Part shown: positions 46,865 through 59,440 of the stretch, piece after piece | Position numbering within the stretch: position 1 is the first letter of the stretch | Layout of the letters: each line of letters begins with the position of its first letter | Source: Flectonema sp. DT1601 | Taxonomy: Eukaryota | Direction of reading: 5' to 3' | Assembly (NCBI GenBank): GCA_964019425.1 | Contig: OZ025800.1 | Location: 1 to 64,000, forward strand | Length of the DNA: 64,000 bases | Notes under the pieces: generated by a model | What the model saw: the letters and a program-made list of their open reading frames with translations, nothing else | Database searches by the model: none | Told to the model about the DNA's origin: nothing | Translations under genes and position numbers: made by a program

Positions 46865-47761
46865 TTAACCAGCCAAGTCCTTATTTAAACATGACGTCGT
46901 CTCTGGTAAGCGAACAGCACCCAGTGAAACCTGTTTTGTGTTTAGTGTCAGTAAAACAACAACAAAGACTTCACAAATAAAAATAATAAAACAAACCTCA
47001 TAAGTAGCGCCACGCATCTCTACGCTGCAGCGATCACCAACATGGTGGATGACTGCTGGCTGCCAGTAGCCGTCTTGGCGAACTTCAACTTCATCACCCG
47101 GCATGAGGACAGCACGTCTTCCAAACACTCCGGCATTCGTTGGCGTCGTCGGATCTGCTTCCGGAAAATATGTTTGCGGACGGAGAGAAGTTGCCGGCAA
47201 GTTAATGGAATGCGAACCATCAGACCAGGTGACATCAAGAGATGTTCCCAACTGTTTTATAATAGCCGGGTACCAATCACTTCCCCACCTGCAATTCACT
47301 GCAGTCCCAACAGAGATTGGATAAACATAATCCTTCTCCATCCCAATAGTGTAGCTGCCATCATCCCAACAGAGATCAATCTTTCCGTCGGGAGACTTTT
47401 TTATTATATTCGCTCCGTACCAAATGTCGCCGTGCCGAGCGATAACCGCAGGACCAGATGGTTTTGTTGGACTTGCTTCGTATTCTCGGACTTGTCTCAT
47501 TGGAGTAACTGGTGCTGGTGTTCCTTCTCGTTGTGGTCGTGGAGCGTTCCTCCTATCCCCTCCCTCAGGACGAAAGTTCACTCTTTGAGCTCCTCCCCCT
47601 CCGTTTGCTTGTTGTGGTTGATTATGGTCAGGGTGAGGGTGATACCTCCCTGGATTTCCAGGTGGCAACCCAACGCCTCTCTGCTTCTCCGCGTGTCTCA
47701 TTCTCTGTTGCAAATCATCCGACGCTGTTGGTCGATCATTCTTCCCCTGACTGCACCCCAT
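46865..47761 (-). CDS. N-acylated (MGCSQGK) protein with three Tudor/Agenet-like repeats; probable intron ~46931-46996
   Basis: Repeated W(Y/Q)(G/P)A.I....(W.DG) units; AT-rich GT..AG segment. Confidence 0.65.
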   Translation of the reverse strand: MGCSQGKNDRPTASDDLQQRMRHAEKQRGVGLPPGNPGRYHPHPDHNQPQQANGGGGAQRVNFRPEGGDRRNAPRPQREGTPAPVTPMRQVREYEASPTKPSGPAVIARHGDIWYGANIIKKSPDGKIDLCWDDGSYTIGMEKDYVYPISVGTAVNCRWGSDWYPAIIKQLGTSLDVTWSDGSHSINLPATSLRPQTYFPEADPTTPTNAGVFGRRAVLMPGDEVEVRQDGYWQPAVIHHVGDRCSVEMRGATYEVCFIIFICEVFVVVLLTLNTKQVSLGAVRLPETTSCLNKDLAG

Positions 47762-48418
47762 GTTGTGGTATTATGTTCTGATATTTGAAATAAAGTAAAC
47801 ATCTTACAACGGGAGGTTCTGAAATCAATGACGTCTATTTCCAGATGGTAACGATACCCGGCTGGTCAGGTTCCATTTCCTTTGCTGATGATGAGAAGAT
47901 GTGTTTTGAGTAAGGCTGAACAACATATTATTAATTAAACATTTTTCTTCATTCTCACGGATGCTCTGTCTTCATCCGATCGGGTCGGGTTTGTGTACGT
48001 AACTTAACTTCGGTAGTTAAATCCTCTGGCAGCGAGACAAAGGGTAAGGAGGGATGTCGGCAACCAGATTACGTGACAGGCACTCTTCAGTTTTCAGATT
48101 ACACAGAGTCTGTCGAGGACTCAATTAGAGGACTTCCCCACTACAGTGGAACAACAGGCTAGGTTATTAGTTTTTTATTTTCCTTTTCAATTCGTGCGCT
48201 TTGGGTTTTTGAACGCACTGGGTTAGAAGTAAAAGAAAAAAAGAAACGAAAAGGAACACTAATTACTTTCGAATTCACTGCTCCGATACCACAAATGTTG
48301 TTTTTGTGATATAGTATTGCCTGACTAGTTCACTGTGGGCTACTTTGCTGCGTCGTATCCATCGTTTGTAGCAGCCGTACTACAATAATCAAGTCTGTTG
48401 TTTAATACGTGAAATTAA

Positions 48419-49679
48419 TTATCTGACATTAAACACGGTATCCTTTATTACAGCTCCTAACATTCCTTGTAATACTTCACCTGCTAGGGAATCAGAGGCT
48501 GAAGTAGCCTGCTGTAGGAGATTGTCTTCATTCTTATTAGTTCCCTGAGAACTTACTTTAGACGTTTGAATTGCGAGCTCACTTTCAGATCTGTCGAGCA
48601 TCTTCTCAACAGTTGAAATCTGTCTGTTGATAAAAAAACGATTCGTCGTCAGCGGTGATGCCGCCAATGTGCTGGACCAAAACTTTCCCCACAGCAGCTG
48701 CAATGCTGCCTCGTCGCTGGAACTTTTGAAGACTTCAATTGGTAGTTCGTAGTACCAGTGAGCGTACACTCCGAGTTCCTCAATTTTATCGCCCTCACCA
48801 GATATCTCTCCTGGCAATGCGTCATCTACTACACTACTTTCTGGAAGGGTACGAAATGCTTTGATTTCTACTTTACCTGTTGGTGTGTTTCTTATATCAT
48901 AATCAGATCTAGTATAAAATTCAATAAAATAACATAACAAACCTGTACTAATAGTTCTCACAGGATCAATAACTACAGCTAAGAATGGATCAGAGTATTG
49001 TTGATATCTTCTTTGTGAAGTACAATCAGTCTTTGACATAAAACATTGATAACCAGGATGACTGTGGTACCATCCAATAACTGGTTCTCCTTTACCAACT
49101 TTTTCAGCTCTTTCAATGTAAGTAACGAGATATTCAGTTGCTGCTTGTGTCATATTACATTCGACTTCGTGAGCTTCTACAGGAAGAGCGAAACTGTCTA
49201 ACACAATAAGTGTATTCTCAAGGACGTACCCCTGCATGACTCCCATCACTTCAATCCAATTCCCACTATCAGAACTGATCCGCCCAGCTTTTCCCTTTCC
49301 AGTCTTTGCGTGCATTACAATTTTGACCAAAGCTAATGCAGACATCTTTACTTTATTAAAGTAAGTCGCAGATTGACTGTTTTATTTTATTGTGCTATTC
49401 TTCTTTTCAAATGATTATAAACAATAAACAACATACGTCCAAGGTTTACTTCTATGGAGTGCCTTAGTCTGCGCAGGGTCGTAATGATAGTACTCGTCTG
49501 TAGCAGTTACCTGTTTGTTATTTAATTTTATCTTCGGAATAAACAATAAATGGATACTCAGCTGTTGATGTAAATAACCAAACCTTGTTCTCAGCTTCCC
49601 ACTGCTTCATAGAATCAGTACGGCCTCCCGTCTTTGGAGATCCACTCGGACTGTCTGCTGCACCACCTCCTGAAGACAT
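48419..49679 (-). CDS. COPS5: COP9 signalosome subunit 5 (JAMM metalloprotease), several short introns
   Basis: SALALVKIVMHA, EVMGVMQG, GWYHSHPGY...S..D, DPFLAVVIDPVRT, GKVEIKAFRT, ELGVYAHWYYEL. Upstream exon ...KQWEAENK. Exon boundaries approximate. Confidence 0.9.
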
Positions 49680-49946
49680 TTTTTTGTGTTTTACTGATCG
49701 AGAGATTAGATGACTTCACAAAGAAGGACTTCATCACTTCGTACTTTTGTATCAAATAATACAACACGATTGGGAGAGATGTGTAAATAATATTTTTGTT
49801 CTTTCTTTTTTGAAAGGTGGAGTCTGAGACCCGAACAACACGGAAATGTTGCAGACATTCAAAACCGACTATTTGGAACACTTGCTGCGCTCAACTAAAA
49901 TACGAACCATAAATAATCAGATAAGAGAAGTGTAACGATAACACCG

Positions 49947-52900
49947 TCATATGCCAAACAAAATAATTAAAAACATCCACAGCATTAAATTAAAACACCA
50001 TTTGACATAATTAGCAGCACTGTGAGAGAGCGCTTCTGTAGGAAGAGGTGAGTCGGTGTAGTTAGCACCCGACAAACTGAATTCCTGAAGAACAACAGAA
50101 AGATGATTATTAACGAATATCTGCTGAGGTGCGTAACGAGCAAACAGAGTTCTGAAATGATGAAAAGGAAACCCAGCGAGTAGGTACCCCTGAAAGTCTC
50201 TCATTAAAGTAATAACTTCAGAGTTATAATCACCACGAATGATGAGTTCAGCCTGAAGCTGCTGCTGGACTGCAGAAAGGGGAGAGAACTGCCTCTCCAA
50301 AGAAACTGAAATATTAACTGCCGACAACTCGATAGCAACAATATTGTGTTCCCAGATCCCGAGGGTTTCGATGACGTCCTTTTTGATAGCGTTTTCGAAC
50401 ACCGTCGGGTGGTCCAGAAACAGATTGGCGTCGAGTACAAATACCACTCTGGCTGCGAATGCCAAGTCACTTTCACTGTGAGCACACTTTGTCTCAAAAC
50501 GTAAGTTGCAAGCGGCTTCAACATTCTTTAAAGAAATACGATTCCTACTAATGGATTCCAAGTATTGATTATAAGTTCCAGCACAACAACCCCATCTCTC
50601 AATATGTGTTTGAAATAATGAGTGACACTTAACACTGCAGGGTATGTTTTTATTCCACAACATCTGTCTGCAAGATGAGTCTTCAAGTACAGGAGGAGTA
50701 CAATAAGTAGAATACTCAACAAAGTAATCAGAATTAATACATCGATCATAATCAGGGTTGAGAAGACAAAGTGTAATAGGAGCTACTTCTGAATTCTGTA
50801 AACAAACTCTCGAAGGTGCTGACTTTAATAAAAGAGAGAGGCACTCGCAGTTATTACGAAGACCAGAGCGACGACAGTCAGTAAACTGAGAAATACCATC
50901 AGAACAACTCCTCACTGGATACGATGCGTCATTAAATGGAACACCTGTCACAGCAACGTCTTGAATTATTGACATACAAGTCTTCCCTTTTTGTGAATTG
51001 AGAAGTTTCTCCTGAGGTGGCTCATTACAAATAGAGTTCAATCCGATAAGCCTTCTCATTCCTTCAACAGGTGTTACAGTTGATTGAAGCTCTTTCATAG
51101 CCATCTTTCTATAACAGCGAGTAGCACACACGTTTTCAACACCTGTTGATGTCCAGTCCCAGTCAGGTGTGTATTCGTTACACCAAACTTGAGTTTGAAA
51201 ACCCGGTTTTGGATTTATCTGTCCTGTGCAAACCTTTTGTAGCCCTCTAATGGAGTAGTGACCTTTTAATATTTCAAGTAGCTGTAGAACTGGTTGAGTA
51301 CATAATCTGTTCATATCCCAACTGTTTGGTTTCCTTCTAAATATGTTAATCAGATTCTCAATATTACCACCAATTGGCCAGAGTCCTAATGTTGTTTCAC
51401 GAGATTGGACACCAGCCCAGTACTGACCGCCGTCTTTATAAGTTCGTTGGTGGTCGTAAATGAGTGTGGCCTCAGTAAATTCTCGCAGGTATTCACCAGC
51501 ATACTTACCAATACTGCTACTGACTGTAGTGTCACGAATACAACGAGATTGTATCCATTTACTAAACCAACTGTCTGTCTCTGAACAAGTTCCGGTTAGA
51601 ACTGATCGGCTATTTGTCCAAAATAAGAAACATTCTCCTTCACATCCTTCTTCATAATCCTGTCTTGTTGTTTCACTAATTGGTTTTAATAACATGTGAC
51701 ACACCTTCCCCAGCTGCATAGCCACCTGTCTGCAATTCCGTTCCATTAAAGTGTGGATTCTATTTTCTGAAAGGACTGCACGGCAGTTAATATTTGGGTA
51801 CTCTGGTGGTGGTGGTGAACACTTCTTTTGAATAGATTCACAAAGACTAATTTGGTAATCTATTCGAGTAGGAGAAATAGTCTTACAAACAGAAGGTAAC
51901 AATAATTGATAACGAGCAAGGTTATCACAAGTATTATTAAAACCATTTAACTGAGGACTGAATAATGAATTCCTTGAAACGCACTCCCTGTGATACGGAG
52001 ATTCAATACTTTCAGAAGCTGCTATTTCATTACAAAGAGTTCTCGGCGTATCAATTAGATTCCCAACAGCAGGACACTCCCACGTGACGGCCTTGCAGGA
52101 GATTATTTCCAAAACAAGAGGCTGATGTAGGTCACAAGATTTATATCTTTTATAAGTCAATTCAAGGCAACGACATGAACCGTGATGAGACAAGTCATAC
52201 TGCGATGTTGCTTCTGCTAGACAGCTACGTAAGAAATCAATCGCGTGATGTGAAGACACGCAATGAGGTGGAACAGACTCGATGGTGTCGATAAGACGAG
52301 TTGTAATCGAAGACTCAATTGTGTGGACTTCTGACTTTGATTGAAAAGCGTAAAAGTAATCACATGTATTAGCGTGAAGTGTTGGTATTGAAGTACATTT
52401 CATATCTGAAGCAACACATCGAATGTGAGTCCAGACAGCAGTTGGTTGATTTCGACAAGTTATTGGAATGGACCATCCGAATTGAGAAAGACATTTACAT
52501 CTTTCTATCTGAACAACATGTCCTTTCGTAACATCACTTTCTAATATCAATTGAAAACAATTCTGAAGAATCACAAATTGTTCAGCCATCTGAGACAAGT
52601 CACAAACTGGGATCCGTTCGATATCCTGTGTGACGATTGCAGGCAGATCAAATCTTCCTTCGTAGTCAACATTTGGATTGTAGAGGGATTCCTGACAGGT
52701 AGCCTTGTTATTTGGAATTACAAAATACGACTGTCGGGGACATCTCCAGGCAGCAATGCATTTAATTGTCTCCCACTCTGGACTGTAACGTGTACAAGGT
52801 GATAGAAGATGTAGTGACGAGTGAACAGTTTTCAGACAGTCACACTCTGATAAGATTAAGTTATCAAAACACTCTTCCCAAAACTTAACGAATTCGGTAG

Positions 52901-55900
52901 TTAGTTTCCGCATTCCAGAAGTGCATTCCAACATTGAGATTCGAATTCCATCCACAACGTTGTTTGTTGTTTCACTTTCCTTCTTCAAAAGTGAGTCGCA
53001 TTCTGTTTCAGAAGTTGGTAACATTTCCGGATTCATACAAGTCGGTTTTATTAAACATTTTATTCGGGTCAATTCTTCTTTCAGACTATCCCAAGTACAC
53101 TGAACCGAAACAGAATTTAAAATAACAGCAGTGCAATTACAACTATTGACTGTAATTGGAAGGCACTCGTCAGCAACTTTTTGAAAAAGAGAACTGATTT
53201 CAGCTTTTGAACAAGTCGCATACTTTGTCTCCAAAAGAGTCGCATCCCATGAGATGAATGGAAGTTGTTGTTGACATTCAGACTGAGATATTAATGGATA
53301 TTGTACTCCATGGCATGCTTGATTTCTAACTCTACAGAGCCACATTGAAACAACTGGATGACTAAAACATGATTTCGGTATTTGTTTAAATATTTGAATA
53401 GCGCAGTCACACTGTCGCTCACCTTCATTTCTTGAGAGACAACGAGACCAGTCGAGTCCGAGGTGTTGTAGTTTCTGTTGATCGGCGTCACTGCAGCTTT
53501 GATTGAAATCTATTTGATGATCACAAAACTCTGAATTGAAGTCACAAATATTAATAAATTGATCACACTGAGTAGCCATGGAGTCTAAACTCCAAATACG
53601 TGGGTTGCAGTTCATCAGTTCTGAAACATCTTTTTGAAATCCTTCTGACGTAGTCGATGATTCAATCGCTGCCACAATCGGTCCCATGCAGTCGCTGCAA
53701 ACTAATTTAACGGCGGATTCATTCGATGCATAGTTTGGTATCGCAGTTACTAAAGAACATCCTTTTACGTGTTGCTCAACTTTACAAAGTGATATCCTAC
53801 AATCGGATTCTGGCTGCAGACTTGTTAATGAAATCCCAGAAGTCACACAAGCAGTCGTTTCATGAGCAGCACTTCCATATCCTTGTGGTCCTTGATATGG
53901 TTGACTACAGACTGCAGCTACATTACCTCTTAGATCTGTTGTGAAGTATTCTCCTCTTCCTGTGCAATCTCCGTAGTCCTTTAGAAGCCTTTCGTTAACT
54001 AACAAGTCTGGGTAGCACTTCAAACAAAGTCGATCGAATTCCATCGCATCCTTCTTCCATCCCTCGTTGACCAAAACACTGCAGTGTTTCGCTGCGTCGA
54101 AAAACTTAGTCCTCAGCTGCCAACATTGACAAACATGATGATGATCTGCGATATGAATTCCGCAGGTTGCTAAATCAATTCTCCGCTGCGCGTATTCCAT
54201 CATCAGACCTGAGCAGAGAGTTCCATTTGTGCAAAGTAAGTCACGAAAGTCATCGGAGGTGACGCGATTACCTCGAAGAGATAGATCGATAACAGTTGTA
54301 AACGTCCCCTCACAATTCTGAAGTGATGCTCCGAATTTTAGAGCTGCTGGACAGACACCAGTTCCGATCCCTTCAGGTTCACAAACTACTTGTAGCCCGT
54401 GAACTCTACTGATTCCGTCAGTACTACCAAAACATTCATCGTAAGCCTCAACGTAATGCATGAATTCATTAATGTGTGGTAAACATAATCTACAGACTGA
54501 TATAATATCTGGTGAGTCAAGTAAACCATTACAGCCAGGTATTGATTCATAGAATTCATCTTTTATTACCTGACACGCGCACTGCTTCCTTTTTTGAGTG
54601 ACGTCTAATCCACAAATAGGAAGCTGATATCTCCAAGTGAATGAAAAGGAAGGTTTCATTAACTGAACACAAAGACATGTGTGAGGTTCATTACAGGGTC
54701 CAGGGATAATAGTGTCAGTCACAGTGAAGGATTCAGTGATCTCGTTTGATTGAGAAATGGATATTGATAATGATTGAGTTGCTGTTATTTGATTTCCATT
54801 TTGAGTTTGAAAAGATCTCGAAGACGCGTTACCAGACGGTGTTGGTGTTGGTGGTGATGTTGGTGGTGGTGGTGGCGGAATTGGCGGAAACTCAGCACTC
54901 GTATGGTTGCTATCCAACCATCTCATTAGAGAAGAACACTTTATGGAACTGAAGGCATTCGCATTACATCGATCAACTAATGAAGTTAGCGTGTTATTTA
55001 AGTGTGAGCAAGTACCTTGTCCTTGAGATGGTTGCATTCGTAGTGCGTACACGGCATTATTCAAACATATTGTACACTCTGAGATACTTACCTGAACTGA
55101 CTCTCCTAGTAGTGAAGAAATTACTCCACCGCAATCAGATACTAAACTAAGTAATTCCATAACACAAGGATCACCTGATGACCCGGTACATATAACTCTG
55201 TAATCATTAACAACTAATGATACTGAGCCAGGACATGATGGACTCTCCCAACTGTTTCCAATGTCTTGTAAGAACGGAAGACAGATACCACAAATATTAG
55301 ATACCTGTGACTGTGTTGGTTGAAGTCCATATTGTTGAAGAATTCCCATCGCTTCAGCGCACTCGCGATTTCCAGGAAACTGTTTCTCAAATGCGGGGAC
55401 TACACAGGCTGATTGGGTTACGCGAATGCAAGCAGCTCGCATTGCTCTGTTAAAAGATCTTTCAGAAGGACAATGAGATAAATCAACGTCCATTATTTTC
55501 AAACACTCACTACAGAGAGGATTAAGTGTTTGAAGTAGAATTGGGTTCGATGGCTTACCGCCGGCCCAATTTTCAATGCCAAGCACACCGAGCTCACCGC
55601 ATTGACCTGCCGCCACGTCAGGGCAGGGTGTCGCATTTAACTCGATAGAAGCACAGTCTTCTCGCAATGCTGACGCCCATACTAAAAATTCTTGACAAAC
55701 ACCCAAATCGTCAATCGATAAGTAATGATTGACTGTCGTGAAACATTCTCCACACATTATCTTAACCTGATCAAGAGTCAGTGGCGTTGTTTGTGTTTGA
55801 ACTTCTTTAACGATAGCGCACTCAGGGTATTTATCCATGTTTGTCCACACACATGGATGAACAAGTGGAGAAATTGATCTTCTCATAACATTAGATACTG

Positions 55901-55937
55901 CAGTTGAAAATATCAACAAAATAACAGCAACAGTCAT
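49947..55937 (-). CDS. Giant cysteine-rich secreted/surface protein (1996 aa), possibly GPI-anchored
   Basis: Signal-peptide-like N-terminus, dense Cys, Pro/Ser/Thr linker, hydrophobic C-terminal tail. Confidence 0.8.
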   Translation of the reverse strand: MTVAVILLIFSTAVSNVMRRSISPLVHPCVWTNMDKYPECAIVKEVQTQTTPLTLDQVKIMCGECFTTVNHYLSIDDLGVCQEFLVWASALREDCASIELNATPCPDVAAGQCGELGVLGIENWAGGKPSNPILLQTLNPLCSECLKIMDVDLSHCPSERSFNRAMRAACIRVTQSACVVPAFEKQFPGNRECAEAMGILQQYGLQPTQSQVSNICGICLPFLQDIGNSWESPSCPGSVSLVVNDYRVICTGSSGDPCVMELLSLVSDCGGVISSLLGESVQVSISECTICLNNAVYALRMQPSQGQGTCSHLNNTLTSLVDRCNANAFSSIKCSSLMRWLDSNHTSAEFPPIPPPPPPTSPPTPTPSGNASSRSFQTQNGNQITATQSLSISISQSNEITESFTVTDTIIPGPCNEPHTCLCVQLMKPSFSFTWRYQLPICGLDVTQKRKQCACQVIKDEFYESIPGCNGLLDSPDIISVCRLCLPHINEFMHYVEAYDECFGSTDGISRVHGLQVVCEPEGIGTGVCPAALKFGASLQNCEGTFTTVIDLSLRGNRVTSDDFRDLLCTNGTLCSGLMMEYAQRRIDLATCGIHIADHHHVCQCWQLRTKFFDAAKHCSVLVNEGWKKDAMEFDRLCLKCYPDLLVNERLLKDYGDCTGRGEYFTTDLRGNVAAVCSQPYQGPQGYGSAAHETTACVTSGISLTSLQPESDCRISLCKVEQHVKGCSLVTAIPNYASNESAVKLVCSDCMGPIVAAIESSTTSEGFQKDVSELMNCNPRIWSLDSMATQCDQFINICDFNSEFCDHQIDFNQSCSDADQQKLQHLGLDWSRCLSRNEGERQCDCAIQIFKQIPKSCFSHPVVSMWLCRVRNQACHGVQYPLISQSECQQQLPFISWDATLLETKYATCSKAEISSLFQKVADECLPITVNSCNCTAVILNSVSVQCTWDSLKEELTRIKCLIKPTCMNPEMLPTSETECDSLLKKESETTNNVVDGIRISMLECTSGMRKLTTEFVKFWEECFDNLILSECDCLKTVHSSLHLLSPCTRYSPEWETIKCIAAWRCPRQSYFVIPNNKATCQESLYNPNVDYEGRFDLPAIVTQDIERIPVCDLSQMAEQFVILQNCFQLILESDVTKGHVVQIERCKCLSQFGWSIPITCRNQPTAVWTHIRCVASDMKCTSIPTLHANTCDYFYAFQSKSEVHTIESSITTRLIDTIESVPPHCVSSHHAIDFLRSCLAEATSQYDLSHHGSCRCLELTYKRYKSCDLHQPLVLEIISCKAVTWECPAVGNLIDTPRTLCNEIAASESIESPYHRECVSRNSLFSPQLNGFNNTCDNLARYQLLLPSVCKTISPTRIDYQISLCESIQKKCSPPPPEYPNINCRAVLSENRIHTLMERNCRQVAMQLGKVCHMLLKPISETTRQDYEEGCEGECFLFWTNSRSVLTGTCSETDSWFSKWIQSRCIRDTTVSSSIGKYAGEYLREFTEATLIYDHQRTYKDGGQYWAGVQSRETTLGLWPIGGNIENLINIFRRKPNSWDMNRLCTQPVLQLLEILKGHYSIRGLQKVCTGQINPKPGFQTQVWCNEYTPDWDWTSTGVENVCATRCYRKMAMKELQSTVTPVEGMRRLIGLNSICNEPPQEKLLNSQKGKTCMSIIQDVAVTGVPFNDASYPVRSCSDGISQFTDCRRSGLRNNCECLSLLLKSAPSRVCLQNSEVAPITLCLLNPDYDRCINSDYFVEYSTYCTPPVLEDSSCRQMLWNKNIPCSVKCHSLFQTHIERWGCCAGTYNQYLESISRNRISLKNVEAACNLRFETKCAHSESDLAFAARVVFVLDANLFLDHPTVFENAIKKDVIETLGIWEHNIVAIELSAVNISVSLERQFSPLSAVQQQLQAELIIRGDYNSEVITLMRDFQGYLLAGFPFHHFRTLFARYAPQQIFVNNHLSVVLQEFSLSGANYTDSPLPTEALSHSAANYVKWCFNLMLWMFLIILFGI

Positions 55938-58176
55938 ATTCTTACCCTCCCTTCCTACGCTAAAAGAGATTTTATTAAAAACTATGAAAAAACATCAAAT
56001 ACAAACATCAACAACACATTACCAACAGCAGTTTACCGAAAAACCAAGTACATCAAATTTGTTAAGAAGATTACCAACTATGAAATGGTAATCTTTAGAA
56101 CTGCTGAAAGGGTTTTTTTTTTAAACTTTTTTACTTTCTTTTTACGTGTCAAGGGACTGAATTGGAAGAGATTTAAAGGGGCAAGAAGGGAGGAGAGGGT
56201 AGAGAGAAAACGGCAGCGTAGGAAAATCAACGAGAGATCAGATGGGAGGAAGAAGGAAATGGAGGAAGGCAGGAAAAGATGGCAAATTACGGGGGCAACT
56301 CACTCGATCTGTCTCAAAAAATAGAACACCGCGCTAAATTAAGACTTCTCAGGTTGCGCCCCACCAGTCAATTAATTATAGAAAAGAGGATCTCACTGAC
56401 ATTCCGACGGCCCGAAATGCTAAATAGGTTTCCCAGCAGAGAGCCACGTGCTGTTAACAACAGTTCTTAGGAATTGAAACAAGAATTAACGTGCGCTACA
56501 CCTGCCTATTGTGCTAACACAATATTAAAAGAAAAATGTTTTTGAGCCACACACTTTTAGATCTCACTTGGAAGGTTTGGACCAGCCAGTTAGCGAACCC
56601 TTCAGGTCCACCCGTCACCAAATAATGTGTCGGACAAAAATCAGAAAACAAAATGAATAATAAAAAAAACAGCAGCGCTTCTAAATTAATTTTATTAGCT
56701 TCTCACCTTCTCAAAGGGGAAGCCCATTTTTCAAAATCTAAATTAGAGCGAAAGATGGAGGCAAGCCCTGTCCTTACAGCGTATGTACCTTTTCCACAGA
56801 CAACACATTAACGCGCCGCAACAGAAGACAAGGAACAAGACTGGGATAGAGTATAGCACATCCGTAAGGACCTGTTCACTAATCGAAAAGCAAATGGAGG
56901 AACAGAATGGATCCATTCGCTTGCACGTCGAATACAATACGATACTTGCATATAATTAACATCGGTTTTAAGAACAGCGCCAAGAACGCCGTTTTGATGA
57001 TCGAAAGTCAAAGAACTACTGGATGAAATTAAAATGATATTCCAACCGGATCTCAGAAAGGTCTCCAAGTTGAATTAGGCTCTTTAAAGGACTAAAAGTA
57101 AACACCAAAATAGAAATGTAGAAATGAGTACGTCTAACGTAAAACCATTCTACGTCACAAACTCCATAACACTCGCTCCTTTGCGAAGAACATGTTTGAA
57201 CAAAGTCAGTCATACTCGCAAACCCCGCACTCAATATTACAATCGTACCACGCAAAGCAATTACGAACAACTAACAAATTGTATCAAATAAATCGAATGG
57301 GATGGGAAGTTCCCTCCACTGGGAGGGAGAAGGAACACATCAAAACACGAAGTACTAGGCAGTTGGATCTACGAACTGGGTGCGGGATAAGACATGGCAA
57401 GCAAACCAAAATTATTAACAAAACAGATCGAATGTCCAAAAGAAAAAGCTGCAGTGTACTGCACAACTACTCCACTGATTGTTGTGTCACAAACAACACA
57501 GAAATGAGTTCTCAGACAGCAACAAGACAACTACACAACGGTCTCAAGTGGCGATCAACTACTTCACTTCAATCAGAATAAATAACAACCGTACGCAATC
57601 ATCACAGAAAGCAGGAAACAACTCCCGTCTTTCATTTGTTATCTTATCTTTATCAGGAAACTAAGGTTTCCTCTGTACAGCAGTGCAGCGCTCACAGATA
57701 AAAAATCGACAGCTAAAAGAATCTTTCGGTCTGTTGAAAAAACAACAAAACTAATTTACGAACAATAAAAGTATCGGCACAGGGAGTGCTAGTATCGGTA
57801 CTGCGGGCAGTGTCAGAGTTACTGAAGAAGCAGCAATTCTCTTTTGTTGGTTTAGAAAATGATGAGAGAGGGAGATATGAAGTGAGGAAGAAGGAAAGAG
57901 AGGTAGAATAAGATAATTCAGAAGAATGTTTTGTAAATAATGCGGTAACAACAATAACAACAATCATTGCCGCGAGAGTTTAAAGTGCTGCATACTCAAC
58001 ACAACTGTAAGAAGATTCACTAGACGAAGCAATAAGAGAGAAGATTGTTCCAACCACTCACACTAACTAAATAAGAAAATAGTGTGTTGGGAACTGTCAC
58101 AGAAAGTCTTGGCGGGAAAAACTTAAAAAAGAACAAAAAGAATAAATCACACAAGGAAAGTAAAAGTGTTGGATGA

Positions 58177-59091
58177 CTAGAACTTGGAAGCACCAGTCAA
58201 CTGAATGCAAAGCTTCTCATAGAAAGTAAGCCACATGACCTGCCAAGGTCCGAGTCTCGCGAGAGTTGGTACAAATCCTTTGAATAGCGCGGTAGCTCCC
58301 TCTGTTTTGATAGTTTTTGCAGCTACTTGAAGTGGTGTGATGGCACCTTCTTCGATGACGTTGTGATTCATAACTCTCGTCTTAATTACATCAAATGGAC
58401 ATCCAACAGCACTCGCAACGAATCCAGAAAGAGCAGAAGCAACGATGTGTGTTGAGGAACTCTCTGCGTCCATTTTACCGTAGCTTACGATGAAATACTT
58501 AAATGAGTCGTAACTCGCTAAACCAGCTCCATGAATTGAAGCACTTCTACAACAGGAAGGTGTTGCTCCTCTCCAAAGACCGAGTAGTCCAGTTTCACTG
58601 TAAATACTTTTAAAGGCGTGAGCTGTTCCATTATATCTCGGCTTTCCTCCATTTAAAGTATTTTTATTATCAGCTTGCATCTGTACTTTCACGATGTCTG
58701 CTGGAATGGCGCAGAACTGACCGAAGGAACCTGACATCGCTCCTGCGATACCTTTCTTAATTACTGAATGGTCTTCATCAGCTCCTAATGCACTTCTAAT
58801 TGGATGATAGGCTGCTAAGTTAATACCGCATTGAATGAATTGTCTAATCATCGCTGGTGGAATCCCGCGATAGAATCCTTTCATTCCCTGCTGACGAAGG
58901 ATGTCAACACCTGTCGCAACCATTCCAACCTTCTGTCTGTCAGTTGCTGTTTTTGCCACTTGCATTCTTACTCTGGTCGTATCTATTGGATACGTAAATA
59001 TCTCTGCCGCACACGCTGCTGTGCTGCTGCATACGAATCGAGCTCCCATCTCTTGCTTTCCGTTCATACGTCTGTTTGAGGCGCGGGACAT
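58177..59091 (-). CDS. Mitochondrial carrier family protein (UCP/dicarboxylate-like)
   Basis: Three Px(D/E)xx(K/R)x(R/Q) signatures: PIDTTRVR, PADIVKVQ, PFDVIKTR. Confidence 0.9.
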   Translation of the reverse strand: MSRASNRRMNGKQEMGARFVCSSTAACAAEIFTYPIDTTRVRMQVAKTATDRQKVGMVATGVDILRQQGMKGFYRGIPPAMIRQFIQCGINLAAYHPIRSALGADEDHSVIKKGIAGAMSGSFGQFCAIPADIVKVQMQADNKNTLNGGKPRYNGTAHAFKSIYSETGLLGLWRGATPSCCRSASIHGAGLASYDSFKYFIVSYGKMDAESSSTHIVASALSGFVASAVGCPFDVIKTRVMNHNVIEEGAITPLQVAAKTIKTEGATALFKGFVPTLARLGPWQVMWLTFYEKLCIQLTGASKF

Positions 59092-59440
59092 TTTCTTACT
59101 TTTGTTTTTGTTGTTGTTTTGGCCGAAAGGGCTGATTGAAAAAGACAAAATAAATAAAAGTACTCATCTCTTTACACATAATAATTACTCACAAGAATCA
59201 CTCGCTCTGCTGACGAAGACGAACGAAAACATAAAAGTAATTTCTGAGAAGAGGAAAATAATTAAATCGAAAACCAGCTGATTTCCACAAGCGGCTCCAT
59301 TACGGCCTCGCAGTACTATCGATCCCAATTGTTGGGAAGATATCAGCAGATGACATGTCAGAGTCCATGAGCTCTGTTTGTTTTATAAGAAATCATTTGA
59401 TGGGATCTCAATTGTGTCTACAGAGGTGCTAGTTTGGGTT

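Noticed and set aside
56743..57270. Possible small spliced membrane-protein gene
   Set aside because: Fragments are suggestive, but I could not establish a reliable exon structure or homology.
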